Assembly: GCA_016867115.1 (NCBI GenBank)
Contig: VGKG01000003.1
Coordinates: 673-64,672, forward strand
Direction of reading: 5' to 3'
Origin: Candidatus Omnitrophota bacterium
GTDB taxonomy: Bacteria > Omnitrophota > Gorgyraeia > Gygaellales > Profunditerraquicolaceae
Length of the DNA stretch: 64,000 nt
The notes below the pieces were generated by a model. The model had not been told where the DNA came from and did not search any database. It was given only the letters and a program-made list of their open reading frames with translations. The position numbers and the translations under genes are program-made. Below are positions 26,106-35,145 of this stretch, in pieces (within the stretch, counting starts at the first letter, position 1; each line of letters begins with the position of its first letter).

Positions 26106-27602
26106 ATGGACCTGATCAAACTCTTGGCAGAAGACGCGTATAGACTAAAGGATAAGCCGGCAGTCATTTTCCGGGACCAGCCGATCACCTTCGGCCGGTT
26201 AAGGGAGACGAGTTTCCGCCTGGCAGACAGCCTAAGGACCCTGGGGATAAAAAAGGGCGACAAGGTAGGGATATATCTGCCGAATTGCCCGGAATACATC
26301 TGCAGTTATTTAGCTATCTGGTATCTGGGCGCAACTGCCGTGCCCCTGGATTATATGCTCACTACCGAAGAGCTGGTCTCCTGCCTCTCTCACTCCGAGG
26401 CAAAGTGCCTGATCGCCAGGAATAAGCCCAATATTTCCTTTTCGCAGATCAAAGAAAGGTGTGTGGTCTTAAATGAGATCATTAGCTGCCAGGAAAAAAC
26501 AGACCTGACCCTTTGGTTTGAAGACCTGGTGACAAAGGGCAGGGATAATCCCGAACGCGACTACATAGAAGATAAGGACCTGGCGATCATCTTTTACACC
26601 TCCGGCACAACCGGAAAGCCTAAAGGCGTCCTTATCAATTATCCTCACCTGGGTGCGCCGCCCATGTCCATGGACTTTTTTGCCGATCTGCGGGAGGACG
26701 ATATCGCTGTCTGCGCCCTCCCCTTTTCTCATTTAGGCGGCCTGATCTATATCCAGAACTGCATCTCCTACGGCATTACCGTAGTATTATTAGAGCGTTT
26801 CCTGCCGCTTGAGTTCTTAAGGAGCATCCAGAAATACCGGGCCACCTGTTTCTGGATCGTGCCTTCCATGTATTATGCGATACTGCAGCTTAAAGAGTTT
26901 GAGGTCTTTGACCTGTCTAGCTTGCGCTGGATGGTGACCTTCGGAGCCTCCAGTTCTCCCGACGCGCTGCGCAGGTTCCATAAGTATTGCCCCAATGCCC
27001 ACCTCCTGAACGGCTGGGGCCTTACCGAGACCAATGCACCGACGACAGTCCTGCCGATAGGTTCAGGTAAAATAGAAAGCGTAGGTAAACCCGCTCCCTG
27101 GATCGAAGTAAAGATCTTTGACGACAACGACCGCGAGCTTGCTCCTGGTAATGTGGGCGAGGTGGCGGTGAAGAGCTGGGTGGTCAGCGACGGGTATTAT
27201 AAGGACGCCGAGCTTACCGCAGAGACTATGCGTAACGGCTACTTTTTCACCGGTGACCTGGGAAAATATGATACGGAAGGGAACCTCTATATCGTGGGCA
27301 GGAAAAAGGAGATGATCAAGGTGGGCGGCCAGATCCTCTTTGAGCCGGAGGTTGAGGCAGTGCTTTTTCGCCATCCGGATATTGCCGAAGCGGCGGTCAT
27401 CGGTGTAGCGGATAAATTAAGGGGAGAGGTGCCCAAGGCATTCATAGCCTTGAAAGAAGGAAGCAAGCTCGGCGAAGATGAACTGCGCTCATTTCTGCGC
27501 CAGCATCTGGCCGGCTTCAAGATCCCGCATTATTTTGAGTTTGTCTCAGCGCTTCCCAAGAACCGCACGGGAAAAATCGACAAAGAACAGTTAAGGAAAT
27601 AG
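26106..27602 (+). CDS. AMP-binding acyl-CoA synthetase / CoA ligase
   Basis: YTSGTTGKPKG, GWGLTET, TGDLG, GRKKEMI, LPKNRTGKI. Confidence 0.93.
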   Translation: MDLIKLLAEDAYRLKDKPAVIFRDQPITFGRLRETSFRLADSLRTLGIKKGDKVGIYLPNCPEYICSYLAIWYLGATAVPLDYMLTTEELVSCLSHSEAKCLIARNKPNISFSQIKERCVVLNEIISCQEKTDLTLWFEDLVTKGRDNPERDYIEDKDLAIIFYTSGTTGKPKGVLINYPHLGAPPMSMDFFADLREDDIAVCALPFSHLGGLIYIQNCISYGITVVLLERFLPLEFLRSIQKYRATCFWIVPSMYYAILQLKEFEVFDLSSLRWMVTFGASSSPDALRRFHKYCPNAHLLNGWGLTETNAPTTVLPIGSGKIESVGKPAPWIEVKIFDDNDRELAPGNVGEVAVKSWVVSDGYYKDAELTAETMRNGYFFTGDLGKYDTEGNLYIVGRKKEMIKVGGQILFEPEVEAVLFRHPDIAEAAVIGVADKLRGEVPKAFIALKEGSKLGEDELRSFLRQHLAGFKIPHYFEFVSALPKNRTGKIDKEQLRK

Positions 27603-27610
27603 CTCTAACC

Positions 27611-28642
27611 ATGCAGGATATCAAAGACCTGAATAAGGAGGAACTATCCGCCCTTCTTAAAAAATGGCAAGAGCCGGTGTACCATGCCGGGCAGATCCTT
27701 TCCTGGATCTATAAAAAGGGGGCCGCGGATTTCTCCCGGATGAGCGACTTATCCCTCTCCTTAAGAGAGAAGCTGAAAGAGGGCTTTTATATTCTGGGTT
27801 TAAAGCCTGTTTCTACCCGGAAGTCAGAAGATGATACAGAAAAGCTTCTCTTCGAACTTAAGGATGGCAATCTTATTGAATCGGTGATCATCCCGGCAAA
27901 GGAGAGGACCACGGGCTGCGTCTCAACGCAGGTAGGCTGCAAGTCCGGCTGCCGATTCTGCGCAAGCGGCATGCTTGGCTTTAAAAGAAATCTTAGCGCA
28001 GGAGAGATCCTGGAAGAAGTCCTGCAGATGAATACATATATCTTGCCCGGTAAACTTACCCACATTGTATTTATGGGTATCGGCGAGCCGCTGGATAATT
28101 ACGACAACGTTTTAAAGGCGATCCGGATCATTAATTCCGATTATAGTTTTAATATCGCAAGCCGCCGGATCACCATTTCAAGCTGCGGCATCATCCCGGG
28201 GATCAGGAAGCTGGCAAAGGAGAACCTGCAGGTTGAGCTTTCCATTTCTCTGCACGCAGCCGAAGATAAGACGCGCTCTGAGCTTATGCCGGTGAACAAA
28301 AAATATCCTTTAAAAGAGCTGATGGCATGCCTGCGCGAGTACATCTCGGAGACTGACCGCCAGGTCACCTTTGAATACGTCCTGATCCGGGGGCTGAATG
28401 CGGATTTGCAAAGTGCCGTAAGTTTAAGTAAAATATTAAAGCCGCTTAAGCTTTGTAAGGTGAACCTGCTCCCGGCCAATCCGATCGAAGAGCTGGGAAT
28501 CGAGCCGCCGGGAAAATTAGAGATCCTGTTTTTCCGGGATTATCTGCTGAAGAAAGGGATAAACACGACTTTAAGGATGCCGCGCGGCCGGGATATCGAG
28601 GCTGCCTGCGGACAGTTGAGGTTAAGATATGAGAAGAAATAG
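27611..28642 (+). CDS. rlmN: Dual-specificity rRNA/tRNA methyltransferase RlmN
   Basis: CVSTQVGCKSGCRFC, FMGIGEP, SLHA, AACGQL. Confidence 0.95.
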   Translation: MQDIKDLNKEELSALLKKWQEPVYHAGQILSWIYKKGAADFSRMSDLSLSLREKLKEGFYILGLKPVSTRKSEDDTEKLLFELKDGNLIESVIIPAKERTTGCVSTQVGCKSGCRFCASGMLGFKRNLSAGEILEEVLQMNTYILPGKLTHIVFMGIGEPLDNYDNVLKAIRIINSDYSFNIASRRITISSCGIIPGIRKLAKENLQVELSISLHAAEDKTRSELMPVNKKYPLKELMACLREYISETDRQVTFEYVLIRGLNADLQSAVSLSKILKPLKLCKVNLLPANPIEELGIEPPGKLEILFFRDYLLKKGINTTLRMPRGRDIEAACGQLRLRYEKK

Positions 28643-29273
28643 GCTTTGGGTCCTATTGTTCTATAGTTCTATAGTTCTACTGTTAAATGGATGCGTTAAG
28701 AGAGAGATCAAGAATATTGATTCCAAGGGGACTAACATCATCTGTTTCGGCGACAGCCTTACCTTTGGCTACGGAGTAGGCGGTGGCGAAGACTATCCGT
28801 CGGCATTAGCCAAGATGCTGGATATTCCGGTGATCAACGCCGGCATCGACGGAGATACCTCTACAGAGGCCCTGAAGCGCATAGGCTCCGATGTCCTGAA
28901 CCGCAAACCGCTTTTGGTGATTTTGGAGTTCGGAGGGAACGATTTCTTAAGGAAGGTGCCTAAAGAAGTCACAGTAGACAATGTCAGGCAGATGGTGAGG
29001 GAGATCCAGAAAGCCGGGGCAATGGTAGCGGTTGTCGACATCAGCGCCGGGCTATTCTTAAGGGATTACCGGATACTGCTTTCGCGCATCGCCCGCCAGG
29101 ACCAGGCCATATTTGTACCGGCGGTATTAAGCGGGATCATCACCGATCCCACCATGAAGAGCGACTTCATCCATCCAAACGGCGAAGGCTACAAGCTGAT
29201 CGCAGAGCGCATCCACCGCGCTATCTCGCCTTACCTGGAAAAGCAGGCCCGCTCAAAGAGCCCCAAAAAATAA
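28629..29273 (+). CDS. GDSL/SGNH esterase lipoprotein (arylesterase/TesA-like)
   Basis: Lipobox LNGC; FGDSLTFG, NAGIDGDT, GGND, DFIHPN. Confidence 0.9.
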   Translation: MRRNRLWVLLFYSSIVLLLNGCVKREIKNIDSKGTNIICFGDSLTFGYGVGGGEDYPSALAKMLDIPVINAGIDGDTSTEALKRIGSDVLNRKPLLVILEFGGNDFLRKVPKEVTVDNVRQMVREIQKAGAMVAVVDISAGLFLRDYRILLSRIARQDQAIFVPAVLSGIITDPTMKSDFIHPNGEGYKLIAERIHRAISPYLEKQARSKSPKK

Positions 29274-29291
29274 GCGGACCCAAAGGTCCGC
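29266..29291 (-). terminator. Terminator-like hairpin downstream of tRNA-Leu
   Basis: GCGGACC-CAAA-GGTCCGC preceded by an A-tract (U-tract on the minus strand). Confidence 0.6.
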
Positions 29292-29294
29292 GAT

Positions 29295-29380
29295 TGGTGC
29301 CGGAGAAGGGACTTGAACCCCCATGAGGTTGCCCTCAGTAGCTTTTGAGGCTACCGCGTCTGCCATTTCGCCACTCCGGC
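29295..29380 (-). tRNA. tRNA-Leu(CAA)
   Basis: Reverse complement GCCGGAGTGGCGAAATGGCAGACGCGGTAGCCTCAAAAGCTAC...GTTCAAGTCCCTTCTCCGGCACCA; long variable arm, encoded CCA. Confidence 0.96.
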
Positions 29381-29523
29381 GATTTTTATTAGTTGACGGG
29401 TTTCATTTTATATTCTAAAATAGCAAAGGTCAAGCAGGAAATACGCTTTTCGACGCGGCAAGCCAATAAATAATTGCCATGCTCAGGGTAAGTTCTCAGA
29501 TAAATTAAACGAAGGAACTTTTT

Positions 29524-29599
29524 GGGGCCGTAGCTCAATTGGGAGAGCACTTGCATGGCATGCAAGGGGTCGAGGGTTCGAATCCCTCCGGCTCCACCA
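29524..29599 (+). tRNA. tRNA-Ala(GGC)
   Basis: GGGGCCGTAGCTCAATTGGGAGAGCACTTGCATGGCATGCAAGGGGTCGAGGGTTCGAATCCCTCCGGCTCCACCA; 76 nt. Confidence 0.97.
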
Positions 29600-29632
29600 A
29601 ATACAAAATCTGGCGCCACTCCCCTAAAATAT

Positions 29633-29658
29633 AAGGGCGGTTCATCACCGCCCTTTTT
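29633..29658 (+). terminator. Intrinsic terminator after tRNA-Ala
   Basis: AAGGGCGGT-TCATC-ACCGCCCTT-TTT. Confidence 0.75.
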
Positions 29659-29673
29659 AAATAAGGGGCAGGA

Positions 29674-29702
29674 TTGACGCGCCTGATAAAGAGGAGTATA
29701 AT
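29674..29702 (+). promoter_or_regulatory. Sigma70 promoter TTGACG-17-TATAAT for nfo
   Basis: Consensus spacing; ATG 9 nt downstream. Confidence 0.65.
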
Positions 29703-29711
29703 TTAACCAAT

Positions 29712-30557
29712 ATGCTGCTGGGTTTACAGGTCTCTACCGAAGGAAAAATATACGAGGCGCCGGAGCGCGCGAAACTGCTTGGCTGCAATACCATGCAGAT
29801 CTTCGGCCGCAACCCCCAGCAGTGGCGCAAGGACTTTCTGGATCCGCAGGATATCCGGGAGTTCATCCGGCAAAAGGCTGACTGCGGCATAAAGCCGGTA
29901 TTTATTCATATCCCGTATCTGATTAATCTGGCTTCCCCTAATCCGCGGCTTTATGAAGCTTCCATTGAAGCCTACATCGAAGATATGGTGGAAGCAGAAG
30001 CCCTGGAGGCAGATTACATCGTCACCCACATGGGCAGCCATAAGGAGACGACGGAGGAGGCCGGGATAGAGAGGCTGATCGACGCCTTAAACCGCATCGC
30101 GGATAAGACAACAAGCACCCACGTCGGGATTTTGCTTGAGAATACCGCTGGCAGCGGCTCCTGGCTCGGTTATAAGTTCATCCACCAGAAGAAGATCCTC
30201 GAGGGATTGAAACAGAAGAAGCGTTTCGGGCTCTGTTTTGACACGGCACACGCATATCTGGCAGGATATGACCTGGCGACTAAAGAAGGACTGGAGAAGA
30301 CTCTGGCGGAAATAGATGACCTGGTTGGAATGAATCTGATCAAAGCCATCCACCTGAATGACGCCAAGGGCAAGCTCGGTTCAAATGTGGACCGGCACGA
30401 CCACATCGGTAAGGGGAATATCGGCTTAGAGGGGATGAGGCGCATCATCAATCATCCCAAGCTGCGCGACCTTCCTTTTATCCTGGAGACGCCGAAAAAA
30501 AGCGATACTGACGACCGGATGAACCTTGAGATAGTCAGGAGATTAAGAGTCAATTAG
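29712..30557 (+). CDS. nfo: Endonuclease IV
   Basis: HIPYLINLAS, LENTAG, CFDTAH, HLND, DRHDHIG, ILETP. Confidence 0.95.
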   Translation: MLLGLQVSTEGKIYEAPERAKLLGCNTMQIFGRNPQQWRKDFLDPQDIREFIRQKADCGIKPVFIHIPYLINLASPNPRLYEASIEAYIEDMVEAEALEADYIVTHMGSHKETTEEAGIERLIDALNRIADKTTSTHVGILLENTAGSGSWLGYKFIHQKKILEGLKQKKRFGLCFDTAHAYLAGYDLATKEGLEKTLAEIDDLVGMNLIKAIHLNDAKGKLGSNVDRHDHIGKGNIGLEGMRRIINHPKLRDLPFILETPKKSDTDDRMNLEIVRRLRVN

Positions 30558-30562
30558 GAGAG

Positions 30563-30973
30563 TTGCCCCATATGGCCTACAGAATATTATTAGTCGATGA
30601 CGATAAGGAGATAGTCCAGACCCTGCAAAAGTCGCTGGTGCGCGAAGGCTATGAGGTAATACCGGCTTTTGACGGCGAGGAGGCCCTGGCCAAGCTGAAA
30701 GATTCGGATCCGGATATCGTGCTGCTTGACCTGATGCTGCCGAAAGTGAGCGGCCATGAGGTCTTAAGCGCCATCCGTAAAGTTCATAAAGACAAGTGGC
30801 GGCCGGTGATCGTCATCAGCGCAAAAGACGAGCTGGAATCGGTGATGCAGACTTACCGCCTGGACGCGGACCACTATCTGACCAAGCCCTGCGAATTAGA
30901 GCATATTTTGCGCGGGATAAGGACGATGATCTCGCTTATGCCGATGCGTAAAGATGAGGAAACGCAAGAATGA
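30563..30973 (+). CDS. Single-domain response regulator (start may be ATG 30572)
   Basis: ILLVDDD, LLDLMLP, YLTKP. Confidence 0.9.
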   Translation: MPHMAYRILLVDDDKEIVQTLQKSLVREGYEVIPAFDGEEALAKLKDSDPDIVLLDLMLPKVSGHEVLSAIRKVHKDKWRPVIVISAKDELESVMQTYRLDADHYLTKPCELEHILRGIRTMISLMPMRKDEETQE

Positions 30974-33372
30974 TCTATGCCTTTAAAGAAATAGAGGAAA
31001 AATGGCAGAAGTCCTGGCAGGCCTCAAGGCTTTTTAACGTAAAAGCCGATCCCAAACGGAAGAAGTATTATCTCCTTGAGATGTTCCCTTATCCGTCGGG
31101 AAAGATCCATATGGGCCATGTGCGTAATTACACGATCGGCGATGTAGCGGCGCGCTTTAAGATGATGCAGGGCTTTGAAATCCTGCACCCCATGGGCTTT
31201 GACGCCTTCGGCCAGCCGGCAGAGAACGCCGCCATTAAGAACAAGACCAAACCTGACATCTGGACCTACAAGTGCATTGACTGGATGCGCGAGGAATTAA
31301 GGAAGATGGGCTTCTCCTACGACTGGGAAAGGGAGGTCTCCACCTGCGACAGCTCTTATTATAGATGGAACCAGTGGATCTTTTTAAAGATGTTTGAGCG
31401 CGGGCTTGCCTATAAAAAGGAATCGAGCGTTAACTGGTGCCCGTCTTGCGAGACCACGCTGGCTAATGAGGAGGTAGTCGATGGCGGCTGCTGGCGCTGC
31501 TCAACCAAGGTGAAGCTGCGCGACCTTGAGCAGTGGTATCTGAAGATTACCGATTATAAAGAGAGGCTCCTGGAAGACCTGGAGGGACTAGGGCATTGGC
31601 CGGAGCGCGTGCTGGCCATGCAGGCGAACTGGATCGGCAAAAGCTCTGGGGTTGAGATCTATTTCCGGCGCAAAGACAATAATGCGATTATCCCGGTCTT
31701 TACTACGAGAGCGGATACGATATTCGGCGCGACTTACATCGTGCTTGCTCCGGAGCTTCCTTTAGTAAAAGAGCTCATCAAGGGTAAGCCTCAGGAAAAA
31801 CAGATCCTTGACTTTATCGACAAGGTGACCAAGGAGAGTAAAGTCATCCGCACTGCCTCAGACGTAAAAAAAGAGGGGTATTTTACCGGCGCTTATGCCG
31901 TAAATCCGGTAAACAACGAAGAGGTGCCTATTTGGGTCGCGGATTATGTCTTGATGGAATACGGGACCGGTGCGATCATGGCTGTGCCTACTCATGACCA
32001 AAGGGATTTCCTTTTTGCCGGAGAGCATGGCCTGCCGATGAGGATTGTTATAAGGTCACCAGGTCACCAGGTCACAACGTCACCGGAGAACCTTAGTGAG
32101 GCATATGAAGGACCCGGCATACAGGTCAATTCCGCGCAGTTTGACGGATTAAATAATCAGGAAGCCAAGGTAAAGATCGCCGAATGGATGGAGGCGACCA
32201 AAATCGGCAAGATCAAGACGCACTGGCGCTTGCGCGACTGGCTAATTTCGCGCCAGCGTTTCTGGGGTACGCCCATCCCGATGATTTATTGTAAGGCCTG
32301 CGGCGTGGTTCCTGTGCCGGAAGCGGATCTACCCGTAGAGTTGCCCAAGGATGCGCCTTTTACCGGCGCAGGCGGCAGCCCTCTGGGTAAAGTAAAGGAG
32401 TTTGTAGAAGTAAAATGCCCCAGGTGCGGCAGCCGTGCCAGGCGCGAGACAGATACTATGGCCACCTTCTTTGACTCGTCATGGTATTTCTTAAGGTTCT
32501 GCTCGCCTAAGTCCGATAAGCTTCCCTTTGATAAGGAGGAGGCAGGCTACTGGATGCCGGTGGACCAGTACATCGGCGGTATTGAGCATGCGATCCTGCA
32601 CCTTTTATATTCGCGCTTCTTTACCAAGTTTTTTCAGGACTTGGGGATGGTGGCATTCAAAGAGCCGTTTAAGCGCCTGCTCACGCAGGGCATGGTCCTT
32701 AAAGACGGGGAAGTGATGTCTAAATCCAGGGGCAATATCGTCGACCCTGATTCGATCATCAAGAAATACGGCGCAGATACCCTGCGTCTATTCATTCTCT
32801 TTGCCGCGCCCCCGGAAACGGAGCTGGAGTGGGATGACCGCGGCATAGAGGGCGCATTTAAGTTCTTAAACCGCGTCTGGCGGATACAGGAGAACCTCAT
32901 GCCTGCGGCCAGCCCGGAGGTTGTGCGCGTTCTGCATAAGACGATTAAAAAAGTGACTGAAGATTTCCAGGACTTTAAGTTCAATACTGCTATCGCCAGC
33001 CTCATGGAACTGACCAACGCGATCTATCAATCGGGAGCGGATAAAGAGGTATTTGCGAAACTCATCATCCTGCTTAGCCCGATCGCACCGCATTTTTGCG
33101 AAGAGCTCTGGCAGATCCTGGGAAATAAGGAGAGTATTTTCATGACCAGGTGGCTCGAGCATGAAGAGCGCTTCCTGATCGAAGAGACGGTCGCCGTGGT
33201 CATCCAGGTGAACGGCAAGGTGCGCTCAAAGATCGAGGTGCCTGCTGACATCAGCGAAGATAAGCTTAAAGAGCTGGTGCTGGCCGACGAAAAGACCAGG
33301 GCCTGGCTTAAAGATTCCCCGCCGAAGAGCTTCATCATCGTCCCCAAAAAACTCGTCAACATCGTCATCTAA
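30970..33372 (+). CDS. leuS: Leucine--tRNA ligase
   Basis: MFPYPSGKIHMGH, FTTRADT editing domain, SRQRFWG, VMSKS. Confidence 0.98.
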   Translation: MIYAFKEIEEKWQKSWQASRLFNVKADPKRKKYYLLEMFPYPSGKIHMGHVRNYTIGDVAARFKMMQGFEILHPMGFDAFGQPAENAAIKNKTKPDIWTYKCIDWMREELRKMGFSYDWEREVSTCDSSYYRWNQWIFLKMFERGLAYKKESSVNWCPSCETTLANEEVVDGGCWRCSTKVKLRDLEQWYLKITDYKERLLEDLEGLGHWPERVLAMQANWIGKSSGVEIYFRRKDNNAIIPVFTTRADTIFGATYIVLAPELPLVKELIKGKPQEKQILDFIDKVTKESKVIRTASDVKKEGYFTGAYAVNPVNNEEVPIWVADYVLMEYGTGAIMAVPTHDQRDFLFAGEHGLPMRIVIRSPGHQVTTSPENLSEAYEGPGIQVNSAQFDGLNNQEAKVKIAEWMEATKIGKIKTHWRLRDWLISRQRFWGTPIPMIYCKACGVVPVPEADLPVELPKDAPFTGAGGSPLGKVKEFVEVKCPRCGSRARRETDTMATFFDSSWYFLRFCSPKSDKLPFDKEEAGYWMPVDQYIGGIEHAILHLLYSRFFTKFFQDLGMVAFKEPFKRLLTQGMVLKDGEVMSKSRGNIVDPDSIIKKYGADTLRLFILFAAPPETELEWDDRGIEGAFKFLNRVWRIQENLMPAASPEVVRVLHKTIKKVTEDFQDFKFNTAIASLMELTNAIYQSGADKEVFAKLIILLSPIAPHFCEELWQILGNKESIFMTRWLEHEERFLIEETVAVVIQVNGKVRSKIEVPADISEDKLKELVLADEKTRAWLKDSPPKSFIIVPKKLVNIVI

Positions 33373-33389
33373 AAAATCCGGTTAGATTC

Positions 33390-33430
33390 TGCCTCCTTCT
33401 GTATCAGTTGTATTAGAAGGAGGCATTTTT
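33390..33430 (+). terminator. Hairpin + U-tract after leuS whose 3' arm is the comEA SD
   Basis: TGCCTCCTTCT-N14-AGAAGGAGGCA-TTTTT-ATG. Confidence 0.7.
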
Positions 33431-33760
33431 ATGTTCAGCCTGACCCGGCAGGAGAGGCAGGTGATCCTGTTTCTGATGGCCACGGCCTTATTCGGCACAG
33501 GGATAGATTTTCTGGTGAAGCGTTACTCGCCGGAGAGAAGGATCCCCTCTTTTGGCCAGAACATCGGAAGGATCAACCTGAACACTGCCGGCCCCGAACT
33601 GCTTGAAGAGCTACCCGGCATAGGCCAGAAGCTCGCCTCAAGGATCATCGAATATCGCGATCAGTCGGGCGGGTTCGATTCCGTAGAAGAGTTAAAGCAG
33701 GTCAAGGGGATCACTGTTTATCGTTTTGAGAAGATCAAGGATTCGCTTTGCATAAAATGA
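33431..33760 (+). CDS. comEA: ComEA family helix-hairpin-helix DNA-binding protein
   Basis: INLNTA..L..LPGIG..LA.RII.YR...GGF...EL..VKGI. Confidence 0.9.
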   Translation: MFSLTRQERQVILFLMATALFGTGIDFLVKRYSPERRIPSFGQNIGRINLNTAGPELLEELPGIGQKLASRIIEYRDQSGGFDSVEELKQVKGITVYRFEKIKDSLCIK

Positions 33761-35094
33761 CGCGGCCGTTGGTAGTTTTAACTATCGCTTTTTGCAGCGG
33801 CATAATCTTTAGCCGTTTATGCCAAGTTCCTTTTTGGGCCATTTTTTTGCCCAATGCCTTTATCCTTGCCCTGATTTTAATCAGCCGCAAGACAATGAGA
33901 GCCCTCTTAATCATCCTCGCCTTTGGCCTGGGGGCAATCTTCCGGGTGAATGCCTATAATCTGGCTGAATCCCATGTATTAAGGTCAAAGCTCAAGTCGC
34001 ATCTTGTAGTAAAGGGCATAGTTGAAGATATTCCGCAGATAAGGGGTAACCGTACGATCTTTCCCCTGAAAGTAGAAGCAATCGAGGCAGGAAATACCGC
34101 CCGCCGATCCTGCGGGACGCTGCGCATTTTCCTGAATGGCAGGCCGGATTTTTCCTACGGTGATGAGCTTATCCTGAAAGGAAGGTTAGAAAAGGCCGCG
34201 GTCATGCGCGTGCGCTCTCTGAGCGATGTTACGAGAGTCAGCAGAAATAAAGGATTCTTTCTGAAGAGGGTTGCGCTTTGGGCCAGGAGAGAGAGCGGCA
34301 TTAGAATGCAACGGTATACTTCGAGCCTCACTTCGGCGGTCCTTTCGGCGATGGTGCTCGGCGAAAAAAGAAACATCCCCTGGTTCGTGAACAACCTGAT
34401 GGTCAGGACCGGGACGGTACATATTCTGGTGGTGAGCGGTTTTAATGTGGGGATCGTAAGCTTTACCGTGCTCCTGATTTTGAAGTTGCTCAGGGTCCGC
34501 AGGGATACGCGCTTTATTATTACGATCAGCTGCCTCATCTTTTATTGCCTGCTTACCGGAGCCTCCACCCCGGTGGTACGGGCCACGATAATGGCCGTAT
34601 TTTTTCTTTCTGGATACCTGATCAGGAGAGAGCCGGATATCTATAATTCCTTAAGTATGGCGGCGTTATTTATCCTTGTATTTAATCCGGGCCAGTTGTT
34701 TGATATCGGTTTTCAGCTTTCTTTTGTCAGTGTCCTGGCCATAGTCTGCCTCTACCCAGCCCTTTCTAAACTTATCGCTAAGTATTTTTTTAAAAAGGGC
34801 TGGGTGAAGTTCCTTATAGACAGCCTCCTGATTTCTCTCTCTGCGTGGCTGGGCACCTGCGCCTTTATTGCCTATTACTTCAGGATTTTTTCCCCGGTTA
34901 CGGTGCTGGCTAACCTCTTTGTCGTGCCGCTGGCTACTCTGATCACTTTGTGCGGTTTCAGCCTGGTCCTTATAAGCCTGATATGCCCTGCCCTAGGTTT
35001 TGCCTTCGGCTCCTCAGCCGAAGCCCTGGTTTTCATTCTGTTACGCATTAACGCCTCTCTGGCGGATCTGCCCGGCGCCTGCCTGAAGTTTTAG
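33757..35094 (+). CDS. comEC: ComEC/Rec2 competence membrane channel (no C-terminal MBL domain)
   Basis: GTVHILVVSGFNV, VVRA, GFQLSF, ANLFVVP. Confidence 0.9.
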   Translation: MTRPLVVLTIAFCSGIIFSRLCQVPFWAIFLPNAFILALILISRKTMRALLIILAFGLGAIFRVNAYNLAESHVLRSKLKSHLVVKGIVEDIPQIRGNRTIFPLKVEAIEAGNTARRSCGTLRIFLNGRPDFSYGDELILKGRLEKAAVMRVRSLSDVTRVSRNKGFFLKRVALWARRESGIRMQRYTSSLTSAVLSAMVLGEKRNIPWFVNNLMVRTGTVHILVVSGFNVGIVSFTVLLILKLLRVRRDTRFIITISCLIFYCLLTGASTPVVRATIMAVFFLSGYLIRREPDIYNSLSMAALFILVFNPGQLFDIGFQLSFVSVLAIVCLYPALSKLIAKYFFKKGWVKFLIDSLLISLSAWLGTCAFIAYYFRIFSPVTVLANLFVVPLATLITLCGFSLVLISLICPALGFAFGSSAEALVFILLRINASLADLPGACLKF

Positions 35095-35108
35095 GGCTAA
35101 GGGCAGGA

Positions 35109-35137
35109 TTGACAAACCCGTATATCTGTGTTAAATT
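35109..35137 (+). promoter_or_regulatory. Sigma70 promoter TTGACA-17-TAAATT (extended -10) for bamD
   Basis: Seen directly; ATG 8 nt downstream, no SD. Confidence 0.6.
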
Positions 35138-35145
35138 AACCTATT

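Noticed and set aside
29295-29599. tRNA pair as an island integration site for the PKS region
   Set aside because: No integrase, no duplicated tRNA 3' end found, and housekeeping rlmN lies between the cluster and the tRNAs
29389-29619. 76-aa minus-strand ORF
   Set aside because: Overlaps tRNA-Ala antisense; spurious
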